IMG/VR virus record: IMGVR_UViG_3300048014_000022
From: a virus
Strand: one strand, 5' to 3'
Length of the DNA stretch: 57,706 nucleotides
Shown: in pieces, positions 18,159 through 27,701 of the stretch
Layout of the letters: each line of letters begins with the position of its first letter
Position numbering within the stretch: the stretch's first letter is position 1
Program-made: the position numbers and the translations under genes
Notes under the pieces: generated by a model
Databases searched by the model: none
What the model was told of the DNA's origin: nothing
Seen by the model: only the letters and a program-made list of their open reading frames with translations

Positions 18159-21100
18159 ATGGGCACGGCTGTAGATGTAGGTGACGCGCAGAGCCAGCTT
18201 CAGCAGGCCCGGCAGCAAGCGAACGAGCAAGCCAAAGACATTGGCATGGGCTCGCTCGATGTCACCCGAGAACCCGCTGGCGTTTCGCCTCCGCCGAAGC
18301 CGCGCACCGGCAGGCAGCAAGCACTCCCGCTCACCGATCCGACACCCGCACAAGCCGAGGTTCAGCCCGCGCAGCCCGCTGACGCCGACTCGATCCCGCA
18401 CGGGAATCTGCAACCTACCCCGCCTCCTCCACCTACGCCGCAGCAAGCCGCCGTCAAGCCGGGTGTCTGGGATCAGACAGGCAGCGAAGTAGGCAACGGC
18501 GCCGTTCGCGGATTCGCAGAACTCGGCCGCGCCGCGATGCTCATGGAGGCGGCTCCGGCCATTGCCGACGATGCATTGAACTCGTTCGTCAGTGGCAAGC
18601 GCACGACCGAAAACCAGGACAAGTTTTTCCAAGCAATCGACAAGGTGATCAATCCGGCGATTGATTACTGGAAACCCGATGACCCTTCGAAGTCCGGTTT
18701 GGGTGCGCAAGTCGCCGGCGATGTGGCGGGAGTGATACCGGCGCTTCTGACTGGCCCCGCCGCATTACCGGCGCTGACTGAGAAGGCTGTCACCGACGCC
18801 GGTATGCAGTCGATCCAAGAAGGCCAAGACGCGAAGACCGCTGCGATTCTTGCGACCGTGGCCGGTGTTGCCAACGTCGCCGGAATGAAGATCCCGCTCA
18901 AGTCGCCCAACATCTGGAAACGCATCGCGTCCAGTATCGGCGGCAACTTGGTGATCAACGAAGCCAGCCAGACGCTAGCGAAAGAAATCCTGAAATCGGA
19001 CGGCTATCAAGAAGCTGCTGACAAGATCAACCTCGCCGATCCTCGCACAATATTGTCGACACTCGTTACGGCCATCGGTTTCGGTCTTCATCGCCAAGCC
19101 GGCGCAACCACGAAGCAGGCTGACCAGAACGTACAGAACGGTACCAAAGTCGGGCAGCCGCCTGCGCCTGACACAGATCTCGCCACTGCGCCTGACGGCA
19201 CGCCGGCCCCTCCGCCGCCGTTACCGACCGATGCGACAGCTACTTTTTCGAAGGGCAAAACCGCCGAAGGAGCCCCAGTCACCCCCGTTGATCCAACTGC
19301 TGGCCCGGGCGTACAAAAGATGCGGATAGCTAGGCCGGGGGAAAACCTGTCAGCCACAGCCCCCGCACCATCTTCGGTGCCGGACCAGCCGTCCATTGAG
19401 CCCGCCAAAGATCTTCGTGCCCAAGTCCGTGACATGAACGACAAGGCCACGCCGCGCGTGGGCGTCTTGGTTACTACTGACTCGCTCAAGGGTATGGCCG
19501 GCTCGAAAGACGCCAATGCGCTGAGCGTGAACGGCACGCTGAACCAGGCGAGATCTCAAAACCGCACGGTCGTCTTGCCGCAAGGCGAATTGATTTTGAA
19601 GACCGCCAAGATCGCCGAGGTCACGCGGCAGCGGCTCGCGTCGGGCGAAGACCCGCAGGCTGTAATCGGCTCCGTGACTGGGGCCGGCGATGGTAAGACT
19701 CCTGATGCGACAGCCGTAGTACAAGGCAAGGATGCTCAAGGCGCTGTGACCACCGAGACCATGGTCCATCCGGACAACGTGGATCAGGCCGTGCGCGCCG
19801 TCGAAGCACAAGGTAAGACACCCGTAGTAACAACTCCGGTCGAAGCTGTCCAGCGCCGCATCGACGCCGTGAGCCAAGAGCGCAACTCACCGACTCAGCT
19901 TGGCATCATGACGCATCCGGACGGCACCGACATACCAGTGCAAGTCGAGCCTAGCGAAACTCCTGGCATGGTTCGCGTGCGCAAACTCGACGCCGACGGC
20001 GAGCCTGAGACCAAGACGATTGACGTGGACAAGTCTCGTGTTAAGATCGGTGCGCCTTCTAAGGAAATACGCCCTGAGACTAAGGTGCCGTCCGCTATCG
20101 GTGCGGAGCCGGAGCTAACACCAAAGCAAGCCGAGACACCTACGAAGGCCGCTGATACGCAAGTGACAGCGGAGCGCGCTCCTGCCGTAAAGCCGAGCGA
20201 GACGCCCGCAGATAGTACAGCGCAAGGACAGACGGAGGAGGCCCCCGCTGGTAAGACCGGGGGAGAACGGGCGACTGAGGATGCCGTTGTCGGAACTGAA
20301 CCGGACACCAGTACCAAGACTTCTGAGGATACCTCCCCGTCTGCGCCTTCTTCCCAGCCACTGGGATTCACCCCCGGCGAGTCGGGCAAGGGCGCGGAAG
20401 CCGCAGCCCGCCGTGCGCTCAAAGCACCGAAGATTCAAACTGGTCTCGAAGCTCTCCCCGCAGCCCTGGAGGAACATGAGAAACAGGAAACCCCGCAGCC
20501 CGGTCGCAAGAACGTCCCGCTCGCCGAGCGCCAAGAAAACGCCAGCACCTTTGCGGCTGTTCTCAAAGCCGCTGCGGATTCTGCCCGGGGTAAGGTCGAT
20601 GTCTCCGCAATCGAACGAGCGACGCGCGCAGCGAAAGCGGCTGAGAGACTCTCAGAGAAAGGCAAAGAAGAAACTGCAAAGGGCCAAGGAACTGGACACG
20701 TCAAGGTCACAGCCCTTGTCAATGAAATGCACAAAGCAGCCCGAGGACTACTTGGCACTGCTCGCGAAGGGGACGACGTTGTTGTCAAACCAAAAGAAGT
20801 AGAGCTTCAAGCCAAGCGCGAGCGTGAAGCCGCGCGCGTCAAGAAGGCCGCAGGCATCGAAGAACCCAAGCCCGCGACGCCGCGAGTGCGCAAGAGCCTC
20901 AAGAAAGAAACAGGAGAAGTCATCGGCGACTTGAAAAAGACGGCTCCGAAATCCAAAGCCGAGATCGAGCGCGAGGGCCAGCGGCTCACCGAGCGGTATA
21001 TCAACGCCGAGGAAGAAGACCTGCCCAACGCACATAAGGCCGTCGAAGATTACTTGAAAGAACATTTCGCGGACCAGTACACGCCGGACCAGACCCGCGA

Positions 21101-24100
21101 CATCCTGCACTTGCTGCAAGAACGCCGCTTGGAAGAAAACCCCGACGCTGTAAATAACGGCCCACGTCGCATGTCGGACACCATCGAAGACGAAGAACAG
21201 GTCCACGAGACTGAGCCCAAGACTCTCAGGACACTGGGCCTGCGCAACGTGGGCAAGCACGCCCTGGAGTTCGCGGCCAACAAAGCTGCGGCCCTCAAGA
21301 ACATGGTGTTCAATAATAAACTGCACACGCAGTACCAGAACATGACAGCGTCGATGCTCAAGGGCGGAGCCTTCCGGGACTTGCTCAGCGTTCGCGACAC
21401 GGGGCGCGGGCTCAGTACGCACGCCTTGCTTGATACCATGATCTCGCACACAGTGCATGGCACCGAGCTAAGCGGCCTGCTCTCGAACCTGCGCAGGCAC
21501 GTACCGGACCTACCCGTCCATGTGGTGTCGCACGTGATCGACTTGCGCAGCGGCCAGCCGTGGGAGCGCGCGAGCGGATTGTTTGATCGGGCGTTGAACT
21601 CTATTCAGGTTGCTCCAGCCCACGACATGCCTATCGCGACGATCCGCTCGCTGGTCCATGAAATGGTGCACGGCGCGACCGAGTATGAGATTAAAACAAA
21701 CCCCAACGGCCCACTCGCCCACGAACTCAGGGTCGCGCTTGCGGTGCTGCGTAACCGCATGGCCCGCAAATACGGTGCCGAAAACGTAGTGGCGCATCTG
21801 GATTATTTCAGCGGCGAGCGCCAAGAAGCTCCGGATAACTACAAACGTTCTTTGTACGGCCTTGCCAACATATCCGAGTTGCTGGCTGAACTCCACGTGA
21901 ACCACGATTTTGTCCAAGAGATCGTGGACTCCGAGAAGTACGCTGACCCCAAAGAAGACGCAAAACTGGGCATGGAGGCGCAGCCCAAACCGAACGGCTT
22001 GCTGTATCGGATCTACCAGAGCATTGGCAAGTTCTTTGGTATGAACGAGCCAAAGCTGTTGTCGCATATCGCGGGACTCGGCGAGGGCGTCATGGGCGAG
22101 CAGCGCGCCAAGACCTACGGTCGCGAAGACAACGTGTCAGGGCTACCACCATACGCTGGCCTATCGAAAACCAAAGACCAGTTCGAACGCAGCATGGTCC
22201 AAACGTTGCACGCCACCTTGGGCGCCAACCCCTTGGAGATCAGCCGCGCGTTGCCGAGCTTCGAGGAAGTATCTCGCGAGCCTGGCCCGCTCAGAGGCGT
22301 AGAGTCCGAGATCCGTGCGAGCTTCGAGGACGCTGCCGAAGAACCAACCCGCGTCGCGCGGTTGTTCAAGCAAGCCATGAACTCTGGAATAGTCGACGGT
22401 GTCAGATCTGTCAAGACTATGCTCAAAACAGTCCCGCAGATCTTCCGTGATCACCGCCGGGACTTCGGAGATCGCAACGACCCGGAGAATCCGCTCAACA
22501 GGCTGCAAGACATCGACCATCAAAAGAACGCGATCATCCGAGATCTGTCGCAGCACAGCCGCGACATCGTGCGCCAGTGGAACCGACTGAACTCAGAAGA
22601 CAACAAGACAGTCGGCACGATCATTCGCGACTGGACCATGAACAAGATCGACCCGCGCAAAGACGCGGCGTCGCAAATCGAGGGCGCACAAGAGTCCAAG
22701 TACAACGAACTTGCATCGCAGTGGACCAAGCTCCAAGCCGACCGGCCCGATCTCGCCAAGCTGGTCGACGGTGTTTTCAATGCCAACAAAGCCCTCGCAC
22801 GAGCGCAGCGCCGCGCAAACATAGACACGGCTCTCGAAGCGTTCTCTGACACGCCTGTCACAGACGCCCAGAAGACTTTGCTCTATGCCGCCCGCACACC
22901 GGCCGCGTTCGACGAAGTCGTTGGGCCGGGCAAGCTGATCGACATGGGCGAGAACAACGACAAGCTCAAGGCCAGTCTCAAAGACTTCGCCGGCCAAGCT
23001 GAACTCAATGGTCCCTACGCGCATCTCGGGCGCCATGGAGAATACGTCGTGTCGGCCGATCCCGAAGGCACCAAGACTTTTCGGTCTGAACAAGAAGCCC
23101 GCGCATTTGCCAAGCAGACCAACGAGCTTTCCCCCAACAGCAAGGGCGAGTATGTGTTCCGAGGCGGCCAGCATCAGGTCGACTACAAGATCCAGTACAC
23201 GAGCTTTCACGAGACCCGGAACGATGCACTCGAAGAACGCGACCGGCTGTCCAAAGCCGGGTACGTCGTCGGCGCCGTGACGCGCAAGACCATGAGCCGC
23301 GCGGACACGCCCTTGAGTGCCGGCGCGCGGGATCTTTCGGCGGCTGTGGAAGCCAAGATCAACCGCAACGGCGAGAGCCCTGCGAACACGGCCTTGGTGG
23401 CAGCGTTGCGATCAGCCATGCTGCACCTGGCCGCGAGCCGGTCTGCCTATGCAGGGTCGCGCCTTGCCCGCAAAAACTTTGCGGGTGTCAAACCCGAAGA
23501 AATGCGCCGGAGCTTTGCCGACCACACGCAGTCGACCATCTGGCATACGGCGCAGTTACGAACCACGTTTCCGCAGGCCGCCGCGCTCGCGAAGCTGCGT
23601 AACATGTCGCGTGATTCGATGGGCGCCGATCAGAACACACTGTTCCGTCGAGGCCAAGCGGTCGAGGCATTGAACAAGCATCTCCAAGACGAGGTCCAGA
23701 ACTACGGACACAAGTCCCCGACCAACGCGTTCATCGCGAAGCTGGGGTTCATGAGCTTCCTGGCTTCGCCGTCGCACGCCGCCATCTGGATGACGCAGAA
23801 CTTCACGACTGGTATTCCGGCCGCTGGAGCCCGATGGGGATACGGCCGCGCGAGTTCGACTTTCTTACACGCCATGGGCAGCGTGCTGAGCCCCGCGATG
23901 CGGGACGCAGTGAACGAGAGCTTCGCCAAGGGCGGCTCGACTAAGGACGCCAATGAAGCCATGATGCGTGTGATCTCTAAGCACGACCGCTGGGGCAAGT
24001 GGGCGCCGCAGATCCAGTCCATGATCAACGACGGCGTGCTGGGTCATGGCTACGGCAACGAACTTCACGAGATGGCGCAGTCGACCGGGCCGCTGTCTGG

Positions 24101-25253
24101 GCCTGTCAATAGGGCGTTCGACTTTGCCAGATTGCTGCCGGCGATGGCCGACAGCTTCAACCGTGTTAGCACGGCACTCACTGCGCTGGAACTCACGGGT
24201 GGCGACGTGCGCAAAGCCAGCGACTTCGTAGACGAAGTCCATGCGGATTATTCGCAGGGCGCTAAGCCGCTCGCGTTCAAGAAGATCGGCCGAGTCCCGG
24301 GCATGAACTCGATCACGATGTTCAAGACCTATACGCAGTCCATGATCCATTTGTTCTATGGGAACATGAAGGCTGCAATAGATGGGTCTGGAGAAGGCGG
24401 TCGTATGGAAGCTGCCAAGACTGCGGCAGGAATGGTGGTAGCCAACGCGCTGTTCGCGGGCGTGTATGGCGCAGCGGCTATCGAGCCTTTGAAGCTCGCG
24501 GTCTATGCGTATCACAAGCTGTTTGACAAAGAGGGTGAAGTGTTCGACCTGAAGAACGCGATCCACAACTGGCTCGTGGAACATCTGGGTCGTACGGCGG
24601 GGGACGCGGCGGCCGGCGGCTTGCCGCATTTGGCGGGGTTTGATCTGTCCAGTCGGATGGGGCTCACGGATTTGTTCTTCCATGATCCGCCGGATTTGCT
24701 GACTTCTGACAAGGAGGGTTGGAAGAACTTCGCGTACGCGCAGGGCGGCCCGATGCTAGATTTCTTGGGATCGCGCACGACGGAGTTTGTGGGCCACATG
24801 AATCGTGGCGAGGGGTTCCAGGCGATAAGCTCGCTGGTGCCTATTAAGGCATATCAAGACATGTTGAAGGCATTTGAGTTGGGCACTACCGGCAAGACCA
24901 ACTCGATTGGCGGGCGCATGACCAAGCCGTCCATGAGCGACGCGGCGTGGCAGGCGTTGGGGTTGAAGCCGTCATCGGTTGCGGACGCGCAGGAAGCTGC
25001 GAACACCAAGATAAGCTATCAACAGCAGGTTAAGGCGACCAAGGAAAATATCTTGAAGGCTTGGGCGGGTGCGACCGGCGACGAGCGGCTTAAGGCACAG
25101 GCGCGGATCAGCCAGTTCAACCGGCTGCATCCGTCAGAGGCGATCAAGCCAACGGAGCAGCGGTCCATGATGAAGTACCGTCAGGAGTCTCAGGGCAATG
25201 CGCCGACTCGGGACCGGACGCTCAACGACATGCTGAGCTACACGCGCAAGTAG
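18159..25253 (+). CDS. Giant (2,364 aa) virion-associated multidomain protein with a zincin-like HExxH motif. It is the last gene of the late arm.
   Basis: A single uninterrupted ORF covers 12% of the genome. It has a Pro-rich N-terminus and a long Lys/Glu-rich segment. 'SLVHEMVHGATEYE' lies at nt 21657-21671. The hydrophobic, Gly-rich C-terminal third resembles DNA-ejection or polyvalent proteins. Confidence 0.55.
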   Translation: MGTAVDVGDAQSQLQQARQQANEQAKDIGMGSLDVTREPAGVSPPPKPRTGRQQALPLTDPTPAQAEVQPAQPADADSIPHGNLQPTPPPPPTPQQAAVKPGVWDQTGSEVGNGAVRGFAELGRAAMLMEAAPAIADDALNSFVSGKRTTENQDKFFQAIDKVINPAIDYWKPDDPSKSGLGAQVAGDVAGVIPALLTGPAALPALTEKAVTDAGMQSIQEGQDAKTAAILATVAGVANVAGMKIPLKSPNIWKRIASSIGGNLVINEASQTLAKEILKSDGYQEAADKINLADPRTILSTLVTAIGFGLHRQAGATTKQADQNVQNGTKVGQPPAPDTDLATAPDGTPAPPPPLPTDATATFSKGKTAEGAPVTPVDPTAGPGVQKMRIARPGENLSATAPAPSSVPDQPSIEPAKDLRAQVRDMNDKATPRVGVLVTTDSLKGMAGSKDANALSVNGTLNQARSQNRTVVLPQGELILKTAKIAEVTRQRLASGEDPQAVIGSVTGAGDGKTPDATAVVQGKDAQGAVTTETMVHPDNVDQAVRAVEAQGKTPVVTTPVEAVQRRIDAVSQERNSPTQLGIMTHPDGTDIPVQVEPSETPGMVRVRKLDADGEPETKTIDVDKSRVKIGAPSKEIRPETKVPSAIGAEPELTPKQAETPTKAADTQVTAERAPAVKPSETPADSTAQGQTEEAPAGKTGGERATEDAVVGTEPDTSTKTSEDTSPSAPSSQPLGFTPGESGKGAEAAARRALKAPKIQTGLEALPAALEEHEKQETPQPGRKNVPLAERQENASTFAAVLKAAADSARGKVDVSAIERATRAAKAAERLSEKGKEETAKGQGTGHVKVTALVNEMHKAARGLLGTAREGDDVVVKPKEVELQAKREREAARVKKAAGIEEPKPATPRVRKSLKKETGEVIGDLKKTAPKSKAEIEREGQRLTERYINAEEEDLPNAHKAVEDYLKEHFADQYTPDQTRDILHLLQERRLEENPDAVNNGPRRMSDTIEDEEQVHETEPKTLRTLGLRNVGKHALEFAANKAAALKNMVFNNKLHTQYQNMTASMLKGGAFRDLLSVRDTGRGLSTHALLDTMISHTVHGTELSGLLSNLRRHVPDLPVHVVSHVIDLRSGQPWERASGLFDRALNSIQVAPAHDMPIATIRSLVHEMVHGATEYEIKTNPNGPLAHELRVALAVLRNRMARKYGAENVVAHLDYFSGERQEAPDNYKRSLYGLANISELLAELHVNHDFVQEIVDSEKYADPKEDAKLGMEAQPKPNGLLYRIYQSIGKFFGMNEPKLLSHIAGLGEGVMGEQRAKTYGREDNVSGLPPYAGLSKTKDQFERSMVQTLHATLGANPLEISRALPSFEEVSREPGPLRGVESEIRASFEDAAEEPTRVARLFKQAMNSGIVDGVRSVKTMLKTVPQIFRDHRRDFGDRNDPENPLNRLQDIDHQKNAIIRDLSQHSRDIVRQWNRLNSEDNKTVGTIIRDWTMNKIDPRKDAASQIEGAQESKYNELASQWTKLQADRPDLAKLVDGVFNANKALARAQRRANIDTALEAFSDTPVTDAQKTLLYAARTPAAFDEVVGPGKLIDMGENNDKLKASLKDFAGQAELNGPYAHLGRHGEYVVSADPEGTKTFRSEQEARAFAKQTNELSPNSKGEYVFRGGQHQVDYKIQYTSFHETRNDALEERDRLSKAGYVVGAVTRKTMSRADTPLSAGARDLSAAVEAKINRNGESPANTALVAALRSAMLHLAASRSAYAGSRLARKNFAGVKPEEMRRSFADHTQSTIWHTAQLRTTFPQAAALAKLRNMSRDSMGADQNTLFRRGQAVEALNKHLQDEVQNYGHKSPTNAFIAKLGFMSFLASPSHAAIWMTQNFTTGIPAAGARWGYGRASSTFLHAMGSVLSPAMRDAVNESFAKGGSTKDANEAMMRVISKHDRWGKWAPQIQSMINDGVLGHGYGNELHEMAQSTGPLSGPVNRAFDFARLLPAMADSFNRVSTALTALELTGGDVRKASDFVDEVHADYSQGAKPLAFKKIGRVPGMNSITMFKTYTQSMIHLFYGNMKAAIDGSGEGGRMEAAKTAAGMVVANALFAGVYGAAAIEPLKLAVYAYHKLFDKEGEVFDLKNAIHNWLVEHLGRTAGDAAAGGLPHLAGFDLSSRMGLTDLFFHDPPDLLTSDKEGWKNFAYAQGGPMLDFLGSRTTEFVGHMNRGEGFQAISSLVPIKAYQDMLKAFELGTTGKTNSIGGRMTKPSMSDAAWQALGLKPSSVADAQEAANTKISYQQQVKATKENILKAWAGATGDERLKAQARISQFNRLHPSEAIKPTEQRSMMKYRQESQGNAPTRDRTLNDMLSYTRK

Positions 25254-25254
25254 C

Positions 25255-27699
25255 TCAGCGTTTTAGCTCGTCGCGGATATCTTCGGCCGAGCAATTCGCC
25301 CAGCGGTTCTGGTTCTTGATAGCCCAGACGCGCATCTTGCCGCTACCGGATCTGATCTCTCGCACCACCTGGGCTTGTGGAAACGCGCGGTTCATGAAGC
25401 CCCGCACGGCCATACCCGAGTAAACACGGCCGGTCTCGGTTTGCAGCCACTGCCCGAGATCGGCGCACGTAAACACTTCGCGACTCAGCGGCCCGTCTTC
25501 GTTACGCATCGCGTCGATCAACAACTGCACTTCATTGACCTGTGATCTCTCGACCATCGTGAGCTTGGAGCCGGTCAGCGGCGGCGCGTCTTTGGGGTTC
25601 CAGTTGTTCAGCGGGATCGAGTTGAAAATATATCTCAGCACCCCCGGCCCGCGCGGCCCGTTCAGCCAGTCATGGAAAGTTTTGAAATACAACTTCCGCT
25701 GGTCTGGTGTCATGGGTCTCGTAGGATTGAGATAGTAGATACCCCAACGCCGCTCGTCATTCGACGGCAATGTCATTGCGTCTTCGTAGTTCGAAGTCGC
25801 AGTTATGAATATTCGATTTGGGATGTTGTAAGGCTTAAGACCCTTGGGATGGATCTCGACGTTTGAACCCGTGACAAGGTTCTTGAGGGAATTGGCTGTG
25901 TCATCGGAGTCCCACTTGCCATTAATGTGAACCTCGTCGAAGTGTAGGAAATGCTTACCCGAGATGTAGTCACTGAACGACCCTCGTAGGACTTTGTTGG
26001 ACACCATCTGCGAGTTGGCCTGGCCGCAGATCGCTTTGGGTATGTCGTACATCGCGGTGGTCTTGCCGGTGCCAAACTCTTTGGAGATCATCAGCGGTGC
26101 GCTCGTGATCTTGATGGCTGGGAACTGGACCACGTGGGCATAAAATTTCAGCAGGTATTCCCCGAATGGCTTGTCCTCGTTCCTCGGGAACAAGTAGTCC
26201 CAGAGGTCCGCGAACATCGCGGCTTCCTGCGCCGTAGGTGCGATCATGGGCGGCGGATCTACATATAGGTTCACGTAGTTGTTGCCGTCTTCTGTAAAGA
26301 TCCGGGTCTGGCCGGGCCAGAAGCCCATGCTGTTTACGACATGGCGCACGCCGTAGCGGCGCATCAACTGCGTCGCGTTGATCGGCACTCCCGAAGTGTT
26401 CAGCGGCATGAACCGCGTGAGCAGATCATCGATGGACATCTTCGCCATGATCTTCCGCTCGGTCATCGAAAAGTACAGACCCTCTTGGTCCAAGATCATC
26501 ACGAACTCGTGGGCCAGCCACTGCACCGCGTCGTTGTGATCCAGCCTGGGCTTGCCCGTCGCGTTGACGGCGTGCTGACACGCGATCAACAACGGGCTGA
26601 CTTTGGATTGCACCTGGATCTGCGGTGCTGCGGGGGCTGTGGTAGCAGGAACTATGGGGGCCTGCGCTTGGATTTCCTCGGCGAAGCTTAGTCCTGAAAC
26701 AGATCCAGTTGGATCATCGGCCGCCACTGCGACTGGTGTTGGTTCGCCCCATCCGCCGTCGCGAGCAAGCTTAACGAGTGTGCCGATGCCAACGCCGCCG
26801 CCGGGTTCAAAAGACTGCCAGGTGACGTAGCAGTCTTCCTCGCTGACGTAGCCTGGCTGATTGCTGCTCCAATCGTGGAAGAGATCAAATGATTCATGTG
26901 ACTTATTACCCCAGTCTTGTATCGCGCACAGCACGGTGATCCAGAGATCCCGGCTCGCGAACTTCGGAAGGTTGATGTAGTTGAGCATATCCTGCACTTG
27001 AGCGGCAGTCTTTTGCTCGTGATCTTTTTTGCTGACAAGATCGTCGTTAGATGCAAGGACCTTGAGTTTAGACACCGGCCCTGACAGCACCGGCGCGACT
27101 TGAAGCTGCGCCGCGATATCTTTGAGGGCGTACGTCGTGCCGGTGTCTGTAATGACTACGCACGGCAGTGGCGTCTCGCCTTTGCGGTTCAGACTCCCGG
27201 GCGCGCGAAGCACGCGGGCTGCGTCGCTGGTGCTGCTGGGATCGGCTTTAAAACCAAGCTCCTCGCACTTGGCTTTGAGGGCCAGAGCCACTGGCTTCCA
27301 CTCGGCCACCGGAACGTCGCGGTCCAGGCACCAATACACATGAACCCCTCTACCAGAGTTCACGTAGATACTGGGCCTGGGAAGCCCGGTAGCTTTTACA
27401 AACGCCGCAAGTTCCCGGACGGCAACGTCGGTCCCCCCGAAGTCTTTGCCGTCAAGGTCCAGCCACAGAGCGCGCTTCGCTATGGGGTCTTTCCGGTTGG
27501 TACCGGCGTAGCTCCCCACCGCGAAGAACACGTTCAGCGGCAGCATCGATAAGCGATTGACCTCACTCGCCAGTTGAGCGTGCGTCTTGATGCCGTTATG
27601 GTGACGCGACTCAATCAGCTTGCCCTCCGGCCCCGTGGCTCCCGAGAGCAGTGTGAACGGCCCCTCGCTAGGCAATACCCTAGCGAAGAACTGTTCCAT
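25255..27699 (-). CDS. Bifunctional primase-polymerase (AEP) / SF3-type helicase
   Basis: The AEP motifs are 'LWLDLDG', 'SGRGVHVYW' and 'RAPGSLN'. A PriCT-like segment is 'WITVLCAIQDWGN...FHDWS'. The Walker A is 'EFGTGKTT'. Confidence 0.85.
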   Translation of the reverse strand: MEQFFARVLPSEGPFTLLSGATGPEGKLIESRHHNGIKTHAQLASEVNRLSMLPLNVFFAVGSYAGTNRKDPIAKRALWLDLDGKDFGGTDVAVRELAAFVKATGLPRPSIYVNSGRGVHVYWCLDRDVPVAEWKPVALALKAKCEELGFKADPSSTSDAARVLRAPGSLNRKGETPLPCVVITDTGTTYALKDIAAQLQVAPVLSGPVSKLKVLASNDDLVSKKDHEQKTAAQVQDMLNYINLPKFASRDLWITVLCAIQDWGNKSHESFDLFHDWSSNQPGYVSEEDCYVTWQSFEPGGGVGIGTLVKLARDGGWGEPTPVAVAADDPTGSVSGLSFAEEIQAQAPIVPATTAPAAPQIQVQSKVSPLLIACQHAVNATGKPRLDHNDAVQWLAHEFVMILDQEGLYFSMTERKIMAKMSIDDLLTRFMPLNTSGVPINATQLMRRYGVRHVVNSMGFWPGQTRIFTEDGNNYVNLYVDPPPMIAPTAQEAAMFADLWDYLFPRNEDKPFGEYLLKFYAHVVQFPAIKITSAPLMISKEFGTGKTTAMYDIPKAICGQANSQMVSNKVLRGSFSDYISGKHFLHFDEVHINGKWDSDDTANSLKNLVTGSNVEIHPKGLKPYNIPNRIFITATSNYEDAMTLPSNDERRWGIYYLNPTRPMTPDQRKLYFKTFHDWLNGPRGPGVLRYIFNSIPLNNWNPKDAPPLTGSKLTMVERSQVNEVQLLIDAMRNEDGPLSREVFTCADLGQWLQTETGRVYSGMAVRGFMNRAFPQAQVVREIRSGSGKMRVWAIKNQNRWANCSAEDIRDELKR

Positions 27700-27701
27700 G
27701 G

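Noticed and set aside
18159-25253. The idea that the giant late protein is an N4-like virion RNA polymerase, because of its size and its position at the end of the late arm.
   Set aside because: Reading the translation, I found no TxxGR, RxxxKxxxxxxxYG or (H)D catalytic motifs. Without a profile search this cannot be supported.
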